A DNA stretch of 64,000 nt, from NCBI GenBank assembly GCA_965221775.1, contig CBDCSU010000006.1:352001-416000 (forward strand). The letters run 5' to 3'. The notes below the pieces were generated by a model. That model saw nothing but the letters and a program-made list of their open reading frames with translations. It did not search any database and was not told the origin of the DNA. This DNA is from Candidatus Latescibacterota bacterium (lineage in GTDB: Bacteria; Latescibacterota; UBA2968; UBA8231). The first letter of the stretch is position 1. The number at the start of each line of letters is the position of its first letter. Shown here one piece after another: positions 39,190 through 49,400 of the stretch. The position numbers and the translations under genes were made by a program.

Positions 39190-39246
39190 TGTCTCTGAGC
39201 CCAGGTGAGGGTTGGGCATTTGCCAGCGGACCCCGGGCTCTCAGAC

Positions 39247-39966
39247 CTATCGGAAATCACTTCGGATCTGCTCCAGGCGGTCAATCCCTGGATCCAAGCC
39301 AAATCTGCGGAAGAGCTCACGCGCCCATGCCAATCCAATCGACCGTGTCTCCGCGACTAGCTCATCCCGCGGGAATTCCTGACCCCTAGGGAATCCATCG
39401 ATATGTGCCGTTGGGGGTTCCTCCCAAGTCGGAATCGGATGGCCGTGATCCAGCCATAGTACCCTTCCACAGAGTCTCGTCGGAGTGATCTCAACCCCGA
39501 TACGACTTGAGCCCGCTTCGCTTAGAGAGAGGGCAGAAGCAAACTCCATGAACTCTGCATATCGACAGACGATGTCCCCAGCACCCAGTAGTGGTTGTCG
39601 GGAAGGATCGGCTGGCGGCTGCTGGGTCCAACTTGAGGTGCTTCTCGTCCAGTCAAGAAGGAACGCTCCAAAGTAGATGAATTGGCCACTCTGACAAAAA
39701 CGCCAGAATTCCTTGATATCCGGGAAGTCGCTGCCGCCCTCCAGATTGACGGCCTGTTCAATGTAGTCGGTACCAAACTTGGGCCCTCTGCTTCGGTCCA
39801 CATGCGGAAAGTCCCAGCCGCCGCGTAGCTGGACCGAAGAGCGCTGGAGTATCCCTTCAAGATCTGTGATACTCGGAACGCGCTCTTTGTGGGGGAATGG
39901 GCGAAGGACGAGCTTCCAATGCCCCTTGGACTTGATCTGTCGGAGCGTCTCTATGGTCTCACTCAT
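39247..39966 (-). CDS. Hypothetical protein coupled to the AlbA_2 gene
   Basis: ATG 39966 overlaps the upstream stop by 8 nt; lower-GC codon usage; GHWKLVLRP, LRGGWDFPH, EFWRFCQSGQF. Confidence 0.75.
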   Translation of the reverse strand: MSETIETLRQIKSKGHWKLVLRPFPHKERVPSITDLEGILQRSSVQLRGGWDFPHVDRSRGPKFGTDYIEQAVNLEGGSDFPDIKEFWRFCQSGQFIYFGAFLLDWTRSTSSWTQQPPADPSRQPLLGAGDIVCRYAEFMEFASALSLSEAGSSRIGVEITPTRLCGRVLWLDHGHPIPTWEEPPTAHIDGFPRGQEFPRDELVAETRSIGLAWARELFRRFGLDPGIDRLEQIRSDFR

Positions 39967-40546
39967 CGAGATCCCTGATTTCTTGGTCAAAGAGATCGTC
40001 ATCATTGCGAACAGGGACTTCGGCCGCCTGGAGACGTCTGAATCGACGGAGAACCTTTTCTGTAGCCAATTCCAGAAGCTCGCGCATCTCAGCAGAGTTG
40101 GGAATCTCGGAACTCTCGATCCGTCCTCGTCTTCTGACGTAGCATGCCCCGTCCCGTAGGATTCCCTGGTATTCCTTCTTGCACAAGACTGGTACTTCCG
40201 GGAACTCGTCAACCCTGATGACGACGAGGCTCTTCCCGTCGACTGACATCAGTTCGATATGTACGGTGACGAAGGGATCAGCGTAGGCATTGACGCCACC
40301 AGAAACACCTTCCTGACCCCAAGTGCTCAGATCCTCATCATTGACACCGACTAGCTTGAGTGCCCCTCCGTCCTCCTCTACCCCTATCACAACATGCCCC
40401 CCATTTCGACGGTTCGAGAGAGCCAGAACAGCCCGGACAACCTTTGCGAACCCTTTTTTGTTGGTCCGAGGCCCAGACGCCTTGCACTCCACTCCCGGTG
40501 TCTCGTGACCCAGAGACAGCAGCTGTTTCAACTCTTGCTCGGTCAT
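39959..40546 (-). CDS. Stand-alone Schlafen/AlbA_2-domain protein
   Basis: ETPGVECK (ExxxxExK), ALSNRRNGGHVVIGV, GACYVRR; lower GC than flanks. Confidence 0.88.
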   Translation of the reverse strand: MTEQELKQLLSLGHETPGVECKASGPRTNKKGFAKVVRAVLALSNRRNGGHVVIGVEEDGGALKLVGVNDEDLSTWGQEGVSGGVNAYADPFVTVHIELMSVDGKSLVVIRVDEFPEVPVLCKKEYQGILRDGACYVRRRGRIESSEIPNSAEMRELLELATEKVLRRFRRLQAAEVPVRNDDDLFDQEIRDLDE

Positions 40547-40547
40547 C

Positions 40548-41927
40548 TCAATGACCCACAGCCGCCGCGGCCTCCTTCACCACCTCCGACAGACTCGGAT
40601 GCGCATGCACCGTGCGCGCCAGGTCCTCGGCGCTGGCACCGAACTCCAACGCCACGACAGCCTCTGCGATCAGGTGCGAGGCCTGCGCCCCGAGGATGTG
40701 CACGCCGAGAAGGCGGTCACCATCGGCTTCGGCCACCACCTTCGCGAAGCCGTCGGGGGAGTTCATGGTGTGGGCCCGGGCGTTGGCGCGGAAGGAGTGG
40801 CGGCCGGTGCGCACCTCGTGGCCGGCTTCGCGGGCCTGCTCCTCGGTGAGGCCCACGGAGGCGGCCTCGGGGTGGGTGTAGACGACGTTGGGGATGGCCC
40901 CGTAGTTGACGCTCGATCCCATGCCGGCCATGCGCTCCACGGCGGCGACGCCCTCGGCCTCGGCCTTGTGCGCAAGCATCGGGCCGGGGGTGACGTCGCC
41001 GATGGCGTAGATCCCGTCGACGCTGGTGCGGTAGTCCTCGTCGACGGTGACGAATCCGGAGCGGTCGCGCTCGACGCCGGCCTCCTCCAGGCCGAGGCCA
41101 TCCGTGTGCGGCCGGCGGCCCACGGCCACGAGCACGCAGTCGCACTCGACGTCCGAGGCCTTCTGGTTCTTCCTGGACTCCAGGTGAAGGCGCACCCCGT
41201 CGGCGGAGAGTTCGGCCCCCGTGGCCCGCGTCGACAGGTGGCACTTCAGGCCCTGGCGCTTGAGGGTGCGCTCCAGCTGCCTGGAGACCTCGCCGTCGGC
41301 GCCGGGCAGCACGGCGTCCAGGTACTCCACCACCTCCACCTCGGCGCCGAGGCGGCTCCAGACCGAGCCCATCTCTAGGCCGATGGCGCCGCCGCCGATG
41401 ACCGCCATTCGCTCAGGGACGGCGTCGAGGGACAGGGCCTCCTCGGAGCCGAGGATGCGCTGCCCGTCGAAGGGCAGGTCGGGCAGCTCCGCCGGCGAGG
41501 AGCCGGTGGCCAGCAGCACCCGGGCGGCCTCGATCTCCCCGGCGCCCTCCACCGAGACCCGTCCGGCGGCGGCGAGACGGGCCTCGCCCTCGACGTACTC
41601 GACGCCCTTGCTCTTGAAGAGGGTGGCCACGCCCTTGGTCATGCGGCCGACGATGCCCTGCTTGTGCTTCATCATCGCCGCCAGGTCGAGGCGCAGATCG
41701 CCGGCGAGGATGCCGTGGTCGTCGAGGCCTTCCTTCAGCTCCGCCCAGCGGTGGCTGGCTTCCAGCAGGGCCTTGCTCGGGATGCAGCCGGCCTGCAGGC
41801 AGGTCCCGCCGAGCCAGCCGCGGTCGACGCAGACGACCTTCATGCCCAGGTCGGCGGCTCTCGCCGCCGCCGCGTAGCCGCCGGGGCCGGCGCCGATGAC
41901 GACGAGGTCGCAGGAGCGGCCGGCCAA
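40548..41927 (-). CDS. lpdA: Dihydrolipoamide dehydrogenase E3
   Basis: GAGPGGY, GGTCLQAGCIPSK, GGGAIGLE, MLAHKA, HAHPSLSE. Confidence 0.95.
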   Translation of the reverse strand: MAGRSCDLVVIGAGPGGYAAAARAADLGMKVVCVDRGWLGGTCLQAGCIPSKALLEASHRWAELKEGLDDHGILAGDLRLDLAAMMKHKQGIVGRMTKGVATLFKSKGVEYVEGEARLAAAGRVSVEGAGEIEAARVLLATGSSPAELPDLPFDGQRILGSEEALSLDAVPERMAVIGGGAIGLEMGSVWSRLGAEVEVVEYLDAVLPGADGEVSRQLERTLKRQGLKCHLSTRATGAELSADGVRLHLESRKNQKASDVECDCVLVAVGRRPHTDGLGLEEAGVERDRSGFVTVDEDYRTSVDGIYAIGDVTPGPMLAHKAEAEGVAAVERMAGMGSSVNYGAIPNVVYTHPEAASVGLTEEQAREAGHEVRTGRHSFRANARAHTMNSPDGFAKVVAEADGDRLLGVHILGAQASHLIAEAVVALEFGASAEDLARTVHAHPSLSEVVKEAAAAVGH

Positions 41928-41929
41928 GG

Positions 41930-43360
41930 TCAGATCTCCAGGGCCAGGCGGGCCGGGTCTTCGAGAAGCTCCTTGACGCGCACCAGGAAGCGCACCGACT
42001 GCTCGCCGTCGACGAGGCGGTGGTCGTAGGTCAGGGCCAGGTACATCATCGGACGGACGGCGACCTGGCCGTCGACGGCGACGGGCCGGTCCTTGATGGC
42101 GTGCATGCCGAGGATGCCGGTCTGGGGCGGGGTCAGGATCGGCGTCGACATCATCGAGCCGAAGAGGCCGCCGTTGGTGATGGTGAAGGTCCCCCCCGAC
42201 AGGTCGTCGAGAGCGAGCCCTCCCTCCCGGGCGGCGGCGGCGAGGCGCTTGATCTCGGACTCGATGCCGGCCATGGAGAGGCTCTCGGCGCCGCGGACCA
42301 CGGGCACCAGGAGGCCGCGCTCGGTGGAGACGGCGATGCCGAGGTTGACGAACTCCTGGTAGACGATGTCGTCGCCGTCGATGCGGGCGTTGAGGGCGGG
42401 GATCTCGCGCAGGGCGACGACGGAGGCCCGCGAGAAGAAGGACATCAGTCCCAGTGAGACGCCGTGCTTTGCCTGGAAGCGCTCCTTGTGGCGCGCCCGC
42501 AGGGCCATCACCTCGGTCAGGTCGACCTCGTTGAAGGTGGTGAGCATGGCCGCCACCCGCTGCGCCTCGGTGAGCCTCTCGGCGATGCGCCTGCGGATGC
42601 GGGACATGGGCTCGCGGCGCTCGCCCGGGGCCTCGGCGGCCGGGGCGGGACTCGCTGGTGCGGGCGCGGGCGCCGGCGGCGGCGAGGGTTCTGCCTGCGC
42701 CGGGCGCGCGGGGGCGGCGTCGGGCGCGGCAGGGGCTGCGGGCGCCGGGGCCGCCGCGAGAGGCGCGGCTGCGGCATCGGGCGCCGTGGAGGGCTCAGGC
42801 GCCGAGTCGCTGGGTTCCTCGACCCTGGCGGGCTCCCCGTCCCCGTCGGCCCCCCGGCTCTTCAGGTAGTTCAGCACGTCCTGCTTGATCAGCCGTCCGC
42901 CGCGGCCGGTGCCCTCGATGCGCGACGGGTCGACGCCGCTCTCCTGCACCAGGCGGCGCACCGCCGGACTCAGGGCCGACCGCCCGGCGGCGGGCGCGGC
43001 CGGGGCCTCGGGCGCGGGATCAGCGGGCGCGGGTCGGGGCGGTTCCTGCGAGCGTGTCTCAGCCTCCGGGGCGGGCCCGACCTGCGCCTCGACGGACACC
43101 CCCGCTTCGGCGGCGGACGGCCTCTCCCCCGCCTCGATGCGGGCGATCACCTCTCCCACGGAGATCGCCGCGTCGACCTCCTTCAACGGATGCAACACCC
43201 CGGCCTCCAGCGCCGGCAGGTCGACGTTGGCCTTGTCCGTCTCGAGGATGCAGATCGGCTCGCCCTTCTCCACGTACTCGCCGCCGGCCTTGAGCCACTC
43301 CAGGAGCACGACCTCGCTGATCGATTCCCCCATCTCGGGCACGACGACCTCGAATGCCAT
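41930..43360 (-). CDS. sucB: 2-oxoglutarate dehydrogenase E2
   Basis: Lipoyl ETDKA, E3-binding [29 protein letters not shown]. Confidence 0.95.
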   Translation of the reverse strand: MAFEVVVPEMGESISEVVLLEWLKAGGEYVEKGEPICILETDKANVDLPALEAGVLHPLKEVDAAISVGEVIARIEAGERPSAAEAGVSVEAQVGPAPEAETRSQEPPRPAPADPAPEAPAAPAAGRSALSPAVRRLVQESGVDPSRIEGTGRGGRLIKQDVLNYLKSRGADGDGEPARVEEPSDSAPEPSTAPDAAAAPLAAAPAPAAPAAPDAAPARPAQAEPSPPPAPAPAPASPAPAAEAPGERREPMSRIRRRIAERLTEAQRVAAMLTTFNEVDLTEVMALRARHKERFQAKHGVSLGLMSFFSRASVVALREIPALNARIDGDDIVYQEFVNLGIAVSTERGLLVPVVRGAESLSMAGIESEIKRLAAAAREGGLALDDLSGGTFTITNGGLFGSMMSTPILTPPQTGILGMHAIKDRPVAVDGQVAVRPMMYLALTYDHRLVDGEQSVRFLVRVKELLEDPARLALEI

Positions 43361-43369
43361 CACCGATCC

Positions 43370-46264
43370 TCAACTGCCGGCGTCGGCGCCCGCGGCCCTG
43401 CGGGCGGAGGGGGCCGCGTCGATGCGCAGCTCCTTGCCCGCCGGGTCGAGGGCCTGCTCGACGATCTCGTGTTGCTCGGTCTGGTGCTGGCCGGCGTCGC
43501 CCACGGCCGGGCTGGCGGCCTCGTCGCGGCCGACGTAGCCCAGCTCCGCCGACTCCGGGAGCAGCTCGTCGAGGAGTGGCTGCACGAAGTACCAGGCGCC
43601 CATGTTGAGGGCCTCCTCCTGCACCCACAGGAACTTCTCGGCCTTGGGGTAGCGGCCGATGGCCTCGGCCACCTCGGCCTCCGGGAAGGGGTAGAGCTGC
43701 TCGAGGCGCACCAGGGCGACCTCGTCGAGCCCCTTCTCGTCGCGCTCGGCGAGCAGGTCGTAGTAGATCTTGCCCGTGCACAGGATGAGGCGGCGGACGG
43801 AGCCGGGCTCGGCGCGGCCGTCGTCGATGACGTTGCGGAAGCCGCCGGAAGCGAGCTCGTCGATATCGGAGACGCAGCTCTTGTGGCGCAGCAGGCTCTT
43901 GGGGGTCATGACCACCAGGGGCTTGCGGAAGTTGCGGTGCATCTGCCGGCGCAGGACGTGGAAGATCTGCCCCGGCGTGGTGGGATGGACGACCTGCATG
44001 TTGTTCTTGGCGCACAGCTGCAGGTAGCGCTCCAGGCGGGCGCTGGAGTGCTCGGGCCCCATGCCCTCGTAGCCGTGGGGCAACAGCAGCACGAGGCCGC
44101 ACATGCGGTGCCACTTGGCCTCGGCGCTGGAGATGTACTGGTCGATGACGAGCTGGGCGCCGTTGGCGAAGTCGCCGAACTGGGCCTCCCACATGACCAG
44201 CCGCCGCGGGTCGGCGGAGCTGACGCCGTACTCGAAGCCGAGGACGGCGAGCTCGGAGAGCATCGTGTTGAGGGCGACGAACTCCCCCTGGCGCGGGGAC
44301 AGGTGCGCCAGGGGCACGTGCCGGGCGCCGGTCCCGGTGTCGTGCCAGACGGCGTGGCGGTGGGCGAAGGTGCCGCGCTGGGAGTCCTGCCCGGCGAGGC
44401 GCACGGGCACACCTTCGAGGAGCAGGCTGCCCCAGGCGAGCATCTCGGCGGCGCCCCAGTCGACGGGGCGCTCGCCGGCGGCCATCTCGCGGCGGGCGGC
44501 GTTGATCCGCGCCACCGTGCGGTGCACCTGGAAACCTTCGGGCACCCGGGCCGCCCGTTCGCCGATGCGCTGGAGGGTGCGGCGGCTGACGCCGGTCTCG
44601 GCATGCCAGTCGGGACCGGCCCAGGTCATGCCCTGCCAGATGCCGCCGAAGGTGTTGGTCCGCGGCTTCACCTTGAGGCGGCGGGCCTTCTCCTGGCAGC
44701 GCTCCATCGCCTCCTGCACGTGGACCCGCATCTCCTCCATCTCGCCGGCGGTGATCACGCCGGCCTCGATCAGCTGCCTGGCGTAGAGGACCGTCGCCGT
44801 GGGGTGGGCGGCGATCTTCTGGTACATGCGCGGCGAGGTGAGGGTGGGGTCGTCGGCGACGTTGTGACCGTGGCGGCGGTAGCACTTGAGGTCGATGAGG
44901 ACGTCGCGCTTGTACTCCTGGCGGAAGCCGATGGCCAGGCGCGCGGCGTGGACCACCTGCTCCGGGTCGTCGGCGTTGACGTGGAAGACCGGCGCCTCGA
45001 TCTGGCGGGCGATGTCGGTGGCGTAGCGGGTGAAGCGGGTCTCGCGGGGGGTGGCGGTGTAGCCCAGCTGGTTGTCGATGATGACGTGGATGGTGCCGCC
45101 GTTCCAGTAGCCCTCGAGCTGGGCGAGGTTGAGGGTCTCGGCCACCGTGCCCTGACCGGTGAAGGCGGCCTCCCCGTGGATCTGCAAAGGCACGACGCGG
45201 CCGCGCTCCTCCTGGTCCTGCAGGTAGTCCTGCTTGGCCAGCACCATGCCCTCGATGACCGGGTTCACCAGCTCCAGGTGGCTGGGGTTCGGGCTCAGGG
45301 AGAGGTGCATCTTGCGGCCGTGGGAGGTGACGAAGTCGTACGAGTAGCCCTGGTGGTACTTGACGTCGCCCTCGTCCTCGGCCCCCTCGGCCCGGGAGGC
45401 GCCCTCGAACTCGGCGAGGATCACCTCGTAGGGCTTGTGCAGGAGGTGGGCGAGGACGTTGAGCCGCCCGCGGTGGGCCATGCCGATGACCATCTCCTCG
45501 ACGCCGAGGCCGCTGCCGGTCTCCACGAGGGCGTCGAGGAGGGGGAGCAGGGCGTCGCCGCCCTCGATGGAGAACCGTTTCTGGCCCACGTAGCGGGTGT
45601 GCAGAAAGAGCTCGAACTCCTCCGCCTCGATCAGCAGGAAGAGGATGCGGCGGCGCTCTTCGGGGCTGAAGTCGAGGCGGCCGAGGATCGGCTCGACGCG
45701 CTCCTCGAGCCAGGCTTCCTGCTCCTTGTCGGAGGTCGACATGGTGTCGATGCCGAGGCTGCCGCAGTAGGTCCGGCGCAGCAGGCGGATCAGGCCGCCG
45801 AGGGTGCCGTCGGTCTCGTGGCCGAAGGTGCTGGCGCCGGCGCCTTTCTCCAGGTCCTCCTCGGTGAGGCCGAACTCGGAGAGCTCCAGCAGCGGATGGG
45901 AGGCCGGGTCCTGGCCGAGGGGGTCGAGGCGGGCCATGTAGTGGCCCCACTGGCGGTAGGCGCGCACCAGGGCGATGACGTCCCGGTCGCCGCGGTCCAG
46001 GTGGCCGGCTGGCCCGGCGACGGCCGGCGGCGGCGGGACGGGCTCGGGCGGCGGCGCGGCGGGCTCGGCTGTCCGGGCGGCGGGAGCCGCCGCCGAGGTG
46101 GAGCCCTCCCCTTCCTCCTCTTCCTCGGCGCGCAGATAGCCGTAGTCGAAGCCGCGGAAGAAGGCGACCCACTCGGGATCGACCGACGCGGGATCGGCCT
46201 GGTAGCGCTGGTAGAGGGCCTCGACGTAGTCGGCGTTCGAGCTGTTCAGATCGATGGGAGACAT
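43370..46264 (-). CDS. sucA: 2-oxoglutarate dehydrogenase E1
   Basis: KRFSIEG, GMAHRGRLN, GDVKYH, NPSHLE, WEAQFGDF, PEHSSAR, TPKSLLR; start MSPIDLNSSNADYV. Confidence 0.96.
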   Translation of the reverse strand: MSPIDLNSSNADYVEALYQRYQADPASVDPEWVAFFRGFDYGYLRAEEEEEGEGSTSAAAPAARTAEPAAPPPEPVPPPPAVAGPAGHLDRGDRDVIALVRAYRQWGHYMARLDPLGQDPASHPLLELSEFGLTEEDLEKGAGASTFGHETDGTLGGLIRLLRRTYCGSLGIDTMSTSDKEQEAWLEERVEPILGRLDFSPEERRRILFLLIEAEEFELFLHTRYVGQKRFSIEGGDALLPLLDALVETGSGLGVEEMVIGMAHRGRLNVLAHLLHKPYEVILAEFEGASRAEGAEDEGDVKYHQGYSYDFVTSHGRKMHLSLSPNPSHLELVNPVIEGMVLAKQDYLQDQEERGRVVPLQIHGEAAFTGQGTVAETLNLAQLEGYWNGGTIHVIIDNQLGYTATPRETRFTRYATDIARQIEAPVFHVNADDPEQVVHAARLAIGFRQEYKRDVLIDLKCYRRHGHNVADDPTLTSPRMYQKIAAHPTATVLYARQLIEAGVITAGEMEEMRVHVQEAMERCQEKARRLKVKPRTNTFGGIWQGMTWAGPDWHAETGVSRRTLQRIGERAARVPEGFQVHRTVARINAARREMAAGERPVDWGAAEMLAWGSLLLEGVPVRLAGQDSQRGTFAHRHAVWHDTGTGARHVPLAHLSPRQGEFVALNTMLSELAVLGFEYGVSSADPRRLVMWEAQFGDFANGAQLVIDQYISSAEAKWHRMCGLVLLLPHGYEGMGPEHSSARLERYLQLCAKNNMQVVHPTTPGQIFHVLRRQMHRNFRKPLVVMTPKSLLRHKSCVSDIDELASGGFRNVIDDGRAEPGSVRRLILCTGKIYYDLLAERDEKGLDEVALVRLEQLYPFPEAEVAEAIGRYPKAEKFLWVQEEALNMGAWYFVQPLLDELLPESAELGYVGRDEAASPAVGDAGQHQTEQHEIVEQALDPAGKELRIDAAPSARRAAGADAGS

Positions 46265-46440
46265 CGCTGCCGGAGGGCGCCGCCCGGGAGTGCGCGGTGA
46301 GCGTAACTGCAAGAAAGCACTGGAAGATACTGGCGCGCGGATATGGGGTAAAGAGACCCATCCGGCGCCTTGAGCCGGTCTTCCGGCCCCCGTAGCTTCT
46401 GGGCTCGCCTCCCCGCCCCGCCTTCCTCCCGGGAACACGG

Positions 46441-49400
46441 ATGCCGCTGCAGCTCTTCGACGGCCCGCCGGCGTTGTCCCCCTTCCGGCGGGCGGCCCTG
46501 CTCGAACGCTGTCGGGAGAGCGCCCCCGGCGTACGCGCCCTCGACGCCCGCTTCCTCTACATGGCCTGGTTCGACGAGCCGCCGGCGGCCGGGGCCATCC
46601 GCCGCCTGGGCGAGGTCCTCGGCGCCGAGGAACGGCGCGACTCCCTCGATCTCTCGACCGACCTGTCGACCTCCTCCCTCCTCGTGACCCCGCGGCCGGG
46701 GACGATCTCGCCCTGGTCGAGCAAGGCCACCGACATCGCCGCCAACTGCGGCGCTGCCGTGGACCGCATCGAGCGCGGCACCCGCTACACCTTCGCGGGC
46801 GTCGGCGTCCCGGACCTCGACCCCCTGCTCCCGCTGCTGCACGACCGCATGACGGAAGCGGTGATCGACGCCCCGGAGAGCCTCTTCGCGCGCCACGAGC
46901 CCCGTCCCCTGCAGTCCGTCCCCCTCGGCCGCGACGGACACGCCGCCCTGGTCGAGGCCGACACCCGCTGGGGGCTGGCCCTCTCCGCCGAGGAAATCGA
47001 CTACCTGGCCGACACCTACCTCCGCCTCGGCCGCGATCCCACCGACGTCGAGCTGGTGATGTTCGCCAACGTCAACTCCGAGCACTGCCGGCACAAGATC
47101 TTCAACGCCGCGTGGATCGTCGACGGCCAGCGCCAGGAGCGCTCCCTCTTCGACATGATCCGCCACACCCACGCCCGCCACCCCGAGCACACGGTGAAGG
47201 CCTACTCCGACAACTCCGGGGTCATCGAGGGCTTTCCCGCCGAGGTCTTCCGGCCCGACGGCGACGGCTTCCGCTACCGCTACCACGCCCGGGACACCCA
47301 CATCCTCTGCAAGGTGGAGACCCACAACCACCCCACGGCGATCTCCCCCTGGCCCGGGGCCTCCACCGGCGTCGGCGGCGAGATCCGCGACGAGGGCGCC
47401 ACCGGCGCCGGGGCGCGCTCCCAGGCGGGGCTGTGCGCGTTCTATGTCTCCCACCTGCGCATCCCCGGCTGGGAGCAGCCCTGGGAGGCCCCCGTGGCCG
47501 AGCCTCCCGCGCGGCTGGCCTCGCCCCTGCAGATCATGACCGACGGCCCCCTCGGCGGCGCCGCCTTCGGCAACGAGTTCGGCCGGCCCAACGTCCTCGG
47601 CCTGTTCCGCACCTTCGAGCAGGTCGTCGACGGCCGCCACCGCGGCTACCACAAGCCGATCATGGTCGCCGGCGGCAGCGGCCTCATCGACGCCGACCAG
47701 GTGGAGAAGGCCGCTCCCGAGGCCGGCGACGCGGTGGTGCAGATCGGCGGCCCGGCCCTGCTCATCGGCCTCGGCGGCAGCTACGCCTCCTCCATGGACA
47801 CGGGGAGCAACCTCGAGGAGCTGGACTTCGCCTCGGTGCAGCGCGACAACCCCGAGATGCAGCGCCGCTGCCAGGAGCTGATCGACCGCTGCGCCGCCCT
47901 CGGACCGGAGAACCCCATCCGCTCCATCCACGACGTCGGCGCCGGCGGCCTGTCCAACGCCTGCCCGGAGCTGGTGGAGGGCGCCGGGGCCGCCTTCGAC
48001 CTGCGCGCCATCCCCAACGACGAGCCGGGCATGAGCCCCATGGAGCTGTGGAGCAACGAGGCCCAGGAGCGCTACGTCCTCGTCGTCGGCGCCGCCCGCC
48101 TGGAGCGCTTCCGCGAGATCGCCGGCCGCGAGCGCTGCCCCATCGCCGTCATCGGGCGGGTCACCGGCGACGGCCGCCTCACCCTGGAGGACCCGCTCTT
48201 CGGCAACCGCCCCGTGGACGGCCTGCCCCTGGAGGCCCTCCTCGGCAAGCCCCCGCGCATGGTGCGCGACGTCAGCCGGCGGCCCGGGGGCGGCGGCGGC
48301 TTCGCCCTCGACGACATCGACCTGGCCGAGGCGGCGGAACGCGTGCTGCGCTTCCCGGCGGTGGCGGCCAAGAGCTTCCTCATCTCCATCGCCGACCGCA
48401 CCGTGGGCGGCTGCATCGCCCGCGACCAGATGGTCGGCCGCTGGCAGGTGCCGGTCTCGGACTGCGCCGCCACCCTCACCGGGTTCCGCGGCCACACGGG
48501 CGCCGTCATGGCCATGGGCGAGCGCACCCCGGTGGCCGTGGTGGACGGTCCGGCGGCGGCGCGGCTGGCCGTGGCCGAGGCGGTGACCAACCTCGCCGCC
48601 ACGCCGGTGGGCGCCATAGAGAAGGTGAAGCTGTCGGCCAACTGGATGTGCGCCTGCGGCGAGGAGGGGGAGGACGCCGCCCTCTTCGACACGGTGCGCG
48701 CCGTGGGCCTGGAGTTCGGCCCCGCCCTCGGCGTGTCGATCCCCGTGGGCAAGGACAGCCTCTCCATGCGCGCCGTGTGGAGCGACAGCGGCGGCGAGGA
48801 GCACACCGTGGCCGCGCCCCTGAGCCTGGTGGTCTCCGCCTTCGCGCCGGTCACCGACGTGCGCGGCATCGTCACCCCGGAGCTGAAGCCGCAGGCAGAG
48901 ACGCGGCTGCTCCTCGTCGACCTCGGGCGCGGCCGCGACCGCCTCGGCGGATCCTGCCTGGCTCAGACGTTCGGCCGCCTCGGCGAGGAGGTCCCCGACG
49001 TGGAGCCCGCCGACGTGCGCGGACTCTTCGCCGCCCTGCAGGCGCTGCTGGCCGAGGGCCTGCTGCTGGCCTGCCACGACCGCTCCGACGGCGGCCTCTT
49101 CGCCTGCGCCGCGGAGATGGCCTTCGCCGGGAGGCGGGGGGTGCGCCTGCGCCTGGCCGAGGGGGCGGAGCCGCTGGCGGCGCTGTTCAGCGAGGAGATC
49201 GGCGTCCTGCTCCAGGTTCGCGCCGCCCACGCGGACCGCGTGCGGGAGGAGTTCGCCGCCCATGGAGTCGGCGAGTGCGTGCGCGACATCGGATCCCCGG
49301 TCGAGGCCGACACCTTCGAGGTCTGCCTGGGCGCCGGTGAAACCCCTGTCTACCGCGAGGACCTGGGCGCCCTGGAGCAGGCCTGGGCCGAACTGAGCTA

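Noticed and set aside
42620-43120. Pro/Ala-rich low-complexity stretches in sucB
   Set aside because: Normal flexible linkers of E2 subunits
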